Below are positions 53,725 to 64,000 of a stretch of DNA of 64,000 bases, piece after piece; positions within the stretch are counted from its first letter, which is position 1; each line of letters starts with the position of its first letter. Source of the stretch: Balanoglossus misakiensis (Eukaryota > Animalia > Hemichordata); contig CM082580.2 of assembly GCA_040954595.2 (NCBI GenBank), positions 6,517,519 through 6,581,518 of the forward strand, in the 5' to 3' direction. The notes beneath the pieces are model-generated. The model had not been told where the DNA came from. It did no database searches and saw only the letters and a program-made list of their open reading frames with translations. Made by a program: the position numbers and the translations under genes.

Positions 53725-54360
53725 TAATTAATACGCGTTTTTTTCAGATATGTTATCTTTCATCATTATTCAATAAAAAAATTAAAAACATACACGCACT
53801 CATATACTGGGAGTAGTTTATTTCCGTACCGATCATCTTCGCGCGTGCGTATATAGTTAAGTTTTTTAGATATGTTATCTTTCGTCATTATTCAATAAAA
53901 AAATATTAAAAACATACGTGTATTGATAAAACTGAGAGTGGTTTATTTCCGTACCGATCATCTTCCCCTCGTGAATATAGTTAATACAGGTTTTTTTAGA
54001 ATTGTTATCTTTCGTCATTATTCAATAAAAAATATTGAAAACATACATGTATTGATAAAACTGAGAGTGGTTTATTTCCGTACCGATCATCTTCCCCTCG
54101 TGTATATAGTTAATACAGTTTTTTTTAGATTTGTTATCTTTCGTCATTATTCAATAAAAAAAATATTAAAAACATACATGTATTGATAAAAATGAGTGGT
54201 TTTATTTCCGTACCGATCATCTTCCCCTCGTGTATATAGTAAATACAGGTTTTTTTTAGATTTGTTATCTTTCGTCATTATTCAATAAAAATTTTTTTTA
54301 AATGTATGTATTGATAAAACTGAGAGTGGTTTATTTCCGTACCGATCATCTTCGCTTGTG
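53725..54360. repeat. ~129-bp minisatellite, 5 copies
   Basis: TTTCCGTACCGATCATC anchor at 53821, 53946, 54075, 54205, 54334. Confidence 0.92.
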
Positions 54361-54424
54361 TGTATGTCTCTGTTAGTCTGTTATTATGGTAAATAAGGTA
54401 TTTACTTTCCAGACATTAACTTTA

Positions 54425-54860
54425 TTTGCTTGTTTTGCAGATGCAGAGACCAGAGTTGTTTTCGTCATGCAGCGGTATAGCTGGGTGAGGTAAGGGCAGG
54501 TATCTTCCATGGCTGAACGATCATGAATATTACAGACACTCACTCCATTTGCTTGTTTTGCAGATCCAGAGACGAGATCAACTCATAATGGTATTCACCA
54601 ACCAAGCTTGGGCCTAAGTGACTAGTTATTTTTGCCATGCAGCAGTAGAGCTTGGGTGAGGTAAGGGCAGGTATGTTCCATGGCTGAACGATCATGAATA
54701 TTGCAGACACTCACTCCATTTGCTTGTTTTGCAGATCCAGAGACGAGATCAACTCATAATGGTATTCACCAACCAAGCTTGGGCCTAAGTGACTAGTTAT
54801 TTTTGCCATGCAGCAGTAGAGCTGGGTGCGGTAAGGCAGTATGTTCCATGGCTGAACGAA
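54425..54860. repeat. 171-bp tandem duplication (~2.5 units) of an exon+intron-like module
   Basis: CACTCCATTTGCTTGTTTTGCAGATCCAGAG at 54541 and 54712. Confidence 0.9.
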
Positions 54861-56001
54861 GACCACAGGTTTCAAGCAAGGTTTGACAAAGCGATTCATG
54901 GTGGCCATTTTGATTTTTTTTTCGATTCAGACTGGTGCTGTTACCCAGTCAAGCGAACTGATTTTGCACAAACCTGCATGTAACAATACTTACCCGGTAC
55001 TATATGTGGATGTCAATTCAATGTTTGAAAACCGACCTGACTGCCAGATGCATGGGGTGGCCATTTTGTTGTGGCACAAACATGTCCGCCATCTTTGTAG
55101 GAGACATTCAATTTACTATTACTTTTCATTTATTCCAGGGATCCCATAGATGATGCTAAGATGATTGCCAGCCTGTGTGATTGATGTCAAGAGATTACTG
55201 CATGGTTGTGGGAAGGTAAGAATTGTGGGAAAGAAAACTGAAGCAATGACAGAGACATTGCATGGCAGGGGGTGTGTGTGTGGGGGGGTGGGGTGTTTGT
55301 TCACAATGTCCAGGAGTTGTCGGTTCAACCAAGTACAATAAATCAAGATGCCAAATAGAGATTGAAATTCTAGGCAGCCATACAGATTTGCATATGATGT
55401 ACCATCTGCGAATGAACAACAATTGGCGTACAGTGGTGATCATGCTTTGTTTCATGTCCATGGGTATTATAGACATTCATTTCTAAATTACTTGATTTGC
55501 AGATGCAGGGACCAGATGGGTATCCGGCAACCAAGCTGAGGACGAAGTGTCCATTTTCCGCGCTGCAGCTGTAACCGTTACTGACAGTCTGCAGTTACAT
55601 CTAATGACACATTTTTTTCCATTGATGTTTACCATTTACCACATAAATTATGTACTTGCTCCTTTTTACAAATTGTAAGTATACAGAATACTGTATACAT
55701 GCATCCTCTTCTGTTTGTGGTTTGAAAACTTTGAAATTAAAATTTCCAATAAACTAGATTAAAATGAAATTCTTGTGTCTGTATCATTTTATTACCCCAA
55801 CACTGCCTTGATGTTGAGTTAATTGAAACGGGAAAGGTCAAAGGTCGACCCGTTAATTTGTAGAAAACTGTTGTCCCATTGAAACTCAGCGTCAGGTTTG
55901 CAAAACTTATAGATACTGACATGTGCAAAGAAGGTGAAAAGTCGTCACAATTTTGGCAAAACTAATTCTGTTCCGTAATTGGCCATAGCAAATGAGCCCT
56001 T

Positions 56002-56728
56002 GAATTTGTCTCTCTGAAGATTTTCATGAGCTATATATAACCCATGAAAAATGTCCAAAAATGACCAAATCATCAAAAGTTTGCAAAGTCGTGAATTTGT
56101 CTCTCTGAAGATTTTCATGAGCTGTAACAAATGAAAAATGTCCAAACATGACCAAATCTTGAAAAGTTTGCAAAGTCGTGAATTTGTCTCTCTGAAGATT
56201 TTCATGAGCTATATATAACCCATGAAAAATGTCCAAAAATGACCAAATCATCAATTCTTTGCAAAGTCGTGAATTTGTCTCTCTGAAGATTTTCATGAGC
56301 TGTAACAAATGAAAAATGTCCAAAAATGACCAAATCATCAAAAGTTTGCAAAGTCGTGAATTTGTCTCTCTGAAGATTTTCATGAGCTGTAACAAATGAA
56401 AAATGTCCAAACATGACCAAATCATCAAAAGTTTGCAAAGTCGTGAATTTGTCTCTCTGAAGATTTTCATGAGCTATATATAACCCATGAAAAATGTCCA
56501 AAAATGACCAAATCATCAATTGCAAAGTCGAGAATTTGTCTCTCTGAAGATTTTCATGAGCTATAACCCATGAAAAATGTTCAAAAATGACCAAATCATC
56601 AAAACTTTGCAAAGTCGAGAATTTGTCTCTCTTAAGATTTTCATGAGCTATAACCCATGAAAAATGTCCAAAAATGACCAAATCATCAATTCTTTGCAAA
56701 GTCGAGAATTTGTCTCTCTGAAAATTTT
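56002..56728. repeat. Satellite subfamily A, 87/91-bp units (~8 copies)
   Basis: CATGAGCT anchor at 56025, 56116, 56203, 56294, 56381, 56468, 56555, 56642. Diagnostic GAATTTGTCTCTCTGAAG. Confidence 0.95.
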
Positions 56729-59700
56729 CATGAGCTATAACCCATGATTTTGTCAGAAAATGAAGAAATTTTGAAATTTCGCAAAGTCGAAAAATGGTCA
56801 TTTTGGATGATTTTCATGAGCTATAACCCATGATTTTTGTCAGAAAATGAAGAAATTTTGAAATTTCGCAAAGTCGAAAAATTGACATTTCTGGATGATT
56901 TTCATGAGCTATAACCCATGGTTTTTATCAAAAAATGACCAAATTTTGAAATTTCGTTAAGTCGAAAAATTGACATTTCTGGATGATTTTCATGAGCTAT
57001 AACCCATGGTTTTTATCAAAAAATGACCAAATTTTGAAATTTCGCGAAGTCGAAAAATTGACATTTCTGGATGATTTTCATGAGCTATAACCCATGGTTT
57101 TTATCAAAAATGACCAAATTTTGAAATTTCGTTAAGTCGAAAAATTGACATTTCTGGATGATTTTCATGAACTATAACCCATGGTTTTTATCAAAAAATG
57201 ACCAAATTTTGAAATTTCGTTAAGTCGAAAAATTGACATTTCTGGATGATTTTCATGAGCTATAACCCATGGTTTTTATCAAAAAATGACCAAATTTTGA
57301 AATTTCGCGAAGTCGAAAAATTGACATTTCTGGATGATTTTCATGAGCTATAACCCATGGTTTTTATCAAAAAATGACCAAATTTTGAAATTTCGCGAAG
57401 TCGAAAAATTGACATTACTGGATGATTTTCATGAGCTATAACCCATGGTTTTTATAAAAAAATGACCAAATTTTGAAATTTCGTTTAGTCGAAAAATTGA
57501 CATTTCTGGATGATTTTCATGAGCTATAACCCATGGTTTTTATCAAAAAATGACCAAATTTTGAAATTTCACGAAGTCAAAAAATCGACATTTCTGGATG
57601 ATTTTCATGAGCTATAACCCATGGTTTTTATCAAAAAATGACCAAATTTTGAAATTTCGCGAAGTCGAAAAATTGACATTTCTAGATAATTTTCATGAGC
57701 TATAACCCATGGTTTTTATCAAAAAATGACCAAATTTTGAAATTTCGCGAAGTCGAAAAATTGACATTACTGGATGATTTTCATGAGCTATAACCCATGG
57801 TTTTTATCAAAAAATGACCAAATTTTGAAATTTCGCGAAGTCGAAAAATTGACATTACTGGATGATTTTCATGAGCTATAACCCATGGTTTTTATAAAAA
57901 AATGACCAAATTTTGAAATTTCGTTTAGTCGAAAAATTGACATTTCTGGATGATTTTCATGAGCTATAACCCATGGTTTTTATCAAAAAATGACCAAATT
58001 TTGAAATTTCACGAAGTCAAAAAATCGACATTTCTGGATGATTTTCATGAGCTATAACCCATGGTTTTTATCAAAAAATGACCAAATTTTGAAATTTCGC
58101 GAAGTCGAAAAATTGACATTTCTAGATGATTTTCATGAGCTATAACCCATGGTTTTTATCAAAAAATGACCAAATTTTGAAATTTCGCGAAGTCGAAAAA
58201 TTGACATTACTGGATGATTTTCATGAGCTATAACCCATGGTTTTTATCAAAAAATGACCAAATTTTGAGATTTCGCGAAGTCGAAAAATTGACATTTGTG
58301 GATGATTTTCATGAGCTATAACCCATGGTTTTTATCAAAAAATGACCAAATTTTGAAATTTCGCGAAGTCGAAAAATTGACATTTCTGGATGATTTTCAT
58401 GAGCTATAACCCATGGTTTTTATCAAAAAATGACCAAATTTTGAAATTTCGTTAAGTCGAAAAATTGACATTTCTGGATGATTTTCATGAGCTATAACAC
58501 ATGGTTTTTATCAAAAAATGACCAAATTTTGAAATTTCGCGAAGTCGAAAAATTGACATTTCTGGATGATTTTCATGAGCTATAACCCATGGTTTTTATC
58601 AAAAAATGACCAAATTTTGAAATTTCGTTAAGTCGAAAAATTGACATTTCTGGATGATTTTCATGAGCTATAACCCATGGTTTTTATCAAAAAATGACCA
58701 AATTTTGAAATTTCGCGAAGTCGAAAAATTGACATTACTGGATGATTTTCATGAGCTATAACCCATGGTTTTTATCAAAAAATGACCAAATTTTGAAATT
58801 TCGCGAAGTCGAAAAATTGACATTTCTGGATGATTTTCATGAGCTATAACCCATGGTTTTTATCAAAAAATGACCAAATTTTGAAATTTCGCGAAGTCGA
58901 AAAATTGACATTTCTGGATGATTTTCATGAGCTATAACCCATGGTTTTTATCAAAAAATGACCAAATTTTGAAATTTCGCGAAGTCGAAAAATTGACATT
59001 TCTGGATGATTTTCATGAGCTATAACCCATGGTTTTTATCAAAAAATGACCAAATTTTGAAATTTCGCGAAGTCGAAAAATTGACATTTCTGGATAATTT
59101 TCATGAGCTATAACCCATGGTTTTTATCAAAAAATGACCAAATTTTGAAATTTCGCGAAGTCGAAAAATTGACATTTCTGGATGATTTTCATGAGCTATG
59201 ACCCATGGTTTTTATCAAAAAATGACCAAATTTTGAAATTTCGCGAAGTCGAAAAATTGTCATTTGTGGATGATTTTCATGAGCTATAACCTATGGTTTT
59301 TATCAAAAAATGACCAAATTTTGAAATTTCGCGAAGTCGAAAAATTGTCATTTGTGGATGATTTTCATGAGCTATAACCCATGGTTTTTATCAAAAAATG
59401 ACCAAATTTTGAAATTTCGCGAAGTCGAAAAATTGACATTTCTGGATGATTTTCATGAGATATAACCCATGGTTTTTATCAAAAAATGACCAAATTTTGA
59501 AATTTCGTTAAGTCGAAAAATTGACATTTCTGGATGATTTTCATGAGCTATAACCCATGGTTTTTATCAAAAAATGACCAAATTTTGAAATTTCGTTAAG
59601 TCGAAAAATTGACATTTCTGGATGATTTTCATGAGCTATAACCCATGGTTTTTATCAAAAAATGACCAAATTTTGAAATTTCGCGAAGTCGAAAATTCGA

Positions 59701-62700
59701 CATTTCTGGATGATTTTCATGAGCTATAACCCATGGTTTTTATCAAAAAATGACCAAATTTTGAAATTTCGCGAAGTCGAAAAATTGACATTTCTGGATG
59801 ATTTTCATGAGCTATAACCCATGGTTTTTATCAAAAAATGACCAAATTTTGAAATTTCGTTAAGTCGAAAAATTCACATTTCTGGATGATTTTCATGAGC
59901 TATAACCCATGGTTTTTATCAAAAAATGACCAAATTTTGAAATTTCGTTAAGTCGAAAAATTGACATTTCTGGATGATTTTCATGAGCTATAACCCATGG
60001 TTTTTATCAAAAAATGACCAAATTTTGAAATTTCGCGAAGTCGAAAAATTGACATTTGTGGATGATTTTCATGAGCTATAACCCATGGTTTTTATCAAAA
60101 AATGACCAAATTTTGAGATTTCGCGAAGTCGAAAAATTGACATTTGTGGATGATTTTCATGAGCTATAACCCATGGTTTTTATCAAAAAATGACCAAATT
60201 TTGAAATTTCGCGAAGTCGAAAAATTGTCATTTGTGGATGATTTTCATGAGCTATAACCCATGGTTTTTATCAAAAAATGACCAAATTTTGAGATTTCGC
60301 GAAGTCGAAAAATTGACATTTCTGGATGATTTTCATGAGGTATAACCCATGGTTTTTATCAAAAAATGACCAAATTTTGAAATTTCGCGAAGTCGAAAAA
60401 TTGACATTTCTGGATGATTTTCATGAGGTATAACCCATGGTTTTTATCAAAAAATGACCAAATTTTGAAATTTCGCGAAGTCGAAAAATTGACATTTCTG
60501 GATGATTTTCATGAGGTATAACCCATGGTTTTTATCAAAAAATGACCAAATTTTGAAATTTCGATAAGTCGAAAAATTGACATTTCTGGATGATTTTCAT
60601 GAGCTATAACCCATGGTTTTTATCAAAAAATGACCAAATTTTGAAATTTCGATAAGTCGAAAAATTGACATTTCTGGATGATTTTCATGAGCTATAACCC
60701 ATGGTTTTTATCAAAAAATGACCAAATTTTGAAATTTCGTTAAGTCGAAAAATTGACATTTCTGGATGATTTTCATGAGCTATAACCCATGGTTTTTATC
60801 AAAAAATGACCAAATTTTGAAATTTCGTTAAGTCGAAAAATTGACATTTCTGGATGATTTTCATGAGCTATAACCCATGGTTTTTATCAAAAAATGACCA
60901 AATTTTGAAATTTCGTTAAGTCGAAAAATTGACATTTCTGGATGATTTTCATGAGCTATAACCCATGGTTTTTATCAAAAAATGACCAAATTTTGAAATT
61001 TCGTTAAGTCGAAAAATTGACATTTCTGGATGATTTTCATGAGCTATAACCCATGGTTTTTATCAAAAAATGACCAAATTTTGAAATTTCGTTAAGTCGA
61101 AAAATTGACATTTCTGGATGATTTTCATGAGCTATAACCCATGGTTTTTATCAAAAAATGACCAAATTTTGAAATTTCGTTAAGTCGAAAAATTGACATT
61201 TCTGGATGATTTTCATGAGCTATAACCCATGGTTATTATCAAAAAATGACCAAATTTTGAAATTTCGTTAAGTCGAAAAATTGACATTTCTGGATGATTT
61301 TCATGAGCTATAACCCATGGTTTTTATCAAAAAATGACCAAATTTTGAAATTTCGTTAAGTCGAAAAATTGACATTTCTGGATGATTTTCATGAGCTATA
61401 ACCCATGGTTTTTATCAAAAAATGACCAAATTTTGAAATTTCGTTAAGTCGAAAAATTGACATTTCTGGATGATTTTCATGAGCTATAACCCATGGTTTT
61501 TATCAAAAAATGACCAAATTTTGAAATTTCGTTAAGTCGAAAAATTGACATTTCTGGATGATTTTCATGAGCTATAACCCATGGTTTTTATCAAAAAATG
61601 ACCAAATTTTGAAATTTCGCGAAGTCGAAAATTCGACATTTCTGGATGATTTTCATGAGCTATAACCCATGGTTTTTATCAAAAAATGACCAAATTTTGA
61701 AATTTCGCGAAGTCGAAAAATTGACATTTCTGGATGATTTTCATGAGCTATAACCCATGGTTTTTATCAAAAAATGACCAAATTTTGAAATTTCGTTAAG
61801 TCGAAAAATTGACATTTCTGGATGATTTTCATGAGCTATAACCCATGGTTTTTATCAAAAAATGACCAAATTTTGAAATTTCGTTAAGTCGAAAAATTGA
61901 CATTTCTGGATGATTTTCATGAGCTATAACCCATGGTTTTTATCAAAAAATGACCAAATTTTGAAATTTCGTTAAGTCGAAAAATTGACATTTCTGGATG
62001 ATTTTCATGAGCTATATAACCCATGGTTTTTATCAAAAAATGACCAAATTTTGAAATTTCGTTAAGTCGAAAAATTGACATTTCTGGATGATTTTCATGA
62101 GCTATAACCCATGGTTTTTATCAAAAAATGAAGAAATTTTGAAATTTCGTTAAGTCTAAAAATTGACATTTCTGGATGATTTTCATGAGCTATAACCCAT
62201 GGTTTTTATCAAAAAATGACCAAATTTTGAAATTTCGTTAAGTCGAAAAATTGACATTTCTGGATGATTTTCATGAGCTATAACCCATGGTTTTTATCAA
62301 AAAATGACCAAATTTTGAAATTTCGTTAAGTCAAAAAATTGACATTTCTGGATGATTTTCATGAGCTATAACCCATGGTTTTTATCAAAAAATGACCAAA
62401 TTTTGAAATTTCGCGAAGTCGAAAAATTGACATTTCTGGATGATTTTCATGACCTATAACCCATGGTTTTTATCAAAAAATGACCAAATTTTGAAATTTC
62501 GCGAAGTCGAAAAATTGACATTTCTGGATGATTTTCATGAGCTATAACCCATGGTTTTTATCAAAAAATGACCAAATTTTGAAATTTCGTTAAGTCGAAA
62601 AATTGACATTTCTGGATGATTTTCATGAGCTATAACCCATGGTTTTTATCAAAAAATGACCAAATTTTGAAATTTCGTTAAGTCGAAAAATTGACATTTC

Positions 62701-64000
62701 TGGATGATTTTCATGAGCTATAACCCATGGTTTTTATCAAAAAATGACCAAATTTTGAAATTTCGTTAAGTCGAAAAATTGACATTTCTGGATGATTTTC
62801 ATGAGCTATAACCCATGGTTTTTATCAAAAAATGACCAAATTTTGAAATTTCGTTAAGTCGAAAAATTGACATTTCTGGATGATTTTCATGAGCTATAAC
62901 CCATGGTTTTTATCAAAAAATGACCAAATTTTGAAATTTCGTTAAGTCGAAAAATTGACATTTCTGGATGATTTTCATGAGCTATAACCCATGGTTTTTA
63001 TCAAAAAATGACCAAATTTTGAAATTTCGTTAAGTCGAAAAATTGACATTTCTGGATGATTTTCATGAGCTATAACCCATGGTTTTTATCAAAAAATGAC
63101 CAAATTTTGAAATTTCGTTAAGTCGAAAAATTGACATTTCTGGATAATTTTCATGAGCTATAACCCATGGTTTTTATCAAAAAATGACCAAATTTTGAAA
63201 TTTCGTTAAGTCGAAATATTGACATTTCTGGATGATTTTCATGAGCTATAACCCATGGTTTTTATCAAAAAATGACCAAATTTTGAAATTTCGTTAAGTC
63301 GAAAAATTGACATTTCTGGATGATTTTCATGAGCTATAACCCATGGTTTTTATCAAAAAATGACCAAATTTTGAAATTTCGCGAAGTCGAAAAATTGACA
63401 TTTCTGGATGATTTTCATGAGCTATAACCCATGGTTTTTATCAAAAAATGACCAAATTTTGAAATTTCGTTAAGTCGAAAAATTGACATTTCTGGATGAT
63501 TTTCATGAGCTATAACCCATGGTTTTTATCAAAAAATGACCAAATTTTGAAATTTCGTTAAGTCGAAAAATTGACATTTCTGGATGATTTTCATGAGCTA
63601 TAACCCATGGTTTTTATCAAAAAATGACCAAATTTTGAAATTTCGTTAAGTCGAAAAATTGACATTTCTGGATGATTTACATGAGCTATAACCCATGGTT
63701 TTTATCAAAAAATGACCAAATTTTGAAATTTCGTTAAGTCGAAAAATTGACATTTCTGGATGATTTTCATGAGCTATAACCCATGGTTTTTATCAAAAAA
63801 TGACCAAATTTTGAAATTTCGCGAAGTCGAAAAATTGACATTTCTGGATGATTTTCATGAGCTATAACCCATGGTTTTTATCAAAAAATGACCAAATTTT
63901 GAAATTTCGTTAAGTCGAAAAATTGACATTTCTGGATGATTTTCATGAGCTATAACCCATGGTTTTTATCAAAAATTGACGAAATTTTGAAATTTCGTTA
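56729..64000. repeat. Satellite subfamily B, homogeneous 88-bp units (~83 copies, continues past window end)
   Basis: Unit CATGAGCTATAACCCATGGTTTTTATCAAAAAATGACCAAATTTTGAAATTTCG(CG/TT)AAGTCGAAAAATTGACATTTCTGGATGATTTT, anchors at 56903, 56991, 57079 and onward. Confidence 0.99.

Larger units (their letters stand above)
52330..55600 (+). ncRNA. Putative spliced non-coding transcript unit inside the inverted-repeat element
   Basis: Strong GTAAG donors and (T-rich)TTGCAG acceptors define exons ..52470, 53214-53282, 54441-54489, 54564-54660, 54735-54830, 55503-. No ORF continues across them. E-box/CRE-like cluster and ATTGG at 52253-52305. Confidence 0.35.
51628..56002. mobile_element. 4.4-kb element bounded by ~360-bp diverged inverted repeats
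   Basis: 51628-51994 (CAAGGTCTCAGTTGCTATGGCC...CAAGTACATAATTT) is the reverse complement of 55646-56002, with scattered mismatches. No TSD visible. Confidence 0.8.

Noticed and set aside
55945-56801. Repetitive ORFs (IAHENLQRDKF...) up to 199 aa
   Set aside because: Stop-free frames of 87-bp satellite monomers; no evidence of coding.
56002-64000. CRISPR-like or telomeric array
   Set aside because: Units are full tandem copies with no unique spacers, no cas genes and no short G-rich telomere motif; eukaryotic satellite DNA.

Overview
Eukaryotic (animal, probably a marine invertebrate; the taxon cannot be fixed from sequence alone) genomic DNA, AT-rich with GT-AG introns. The first ~20 kb is gene-rich. 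It holds two tandem 5-exon gamma-butyrobetaine-dioxygenase (BBOX1-like) paralogs (+), a four-TM MS4A/CD20-like gene with 4 coding exons (-), and a complete JMJD6 with 8 coding exons (+), plus intronic/intergenic MITEs and microsatellites. From ~23 kb the window is transposon-dense: a 4.35-kb foldback element with ~1.64-kb arms, a 6.46-kb TTAA-flanked TIR element enclosing three nested LINEs, a MITE-centred inverted duplication whose empty site lies 8 kb upstream, an AcademH-like MITE and many LINE relics. It also holds a decayed transposase-like ORF in frame with a Ulp1/SENP protease domain and a 4.4-kb inverted-repeat element carrying an apparently spliced non-coding cassette. The last ~8 kb is an 87-91/88-bp satellite array running off the window end. 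The best leads are the remodelled substrate pocket in BBOX paralog 1, the putative Merlin-like transposase::Ulp1 fusion, and the TIR elements with unusual cargo. All family assignments are by eye, without database searches.
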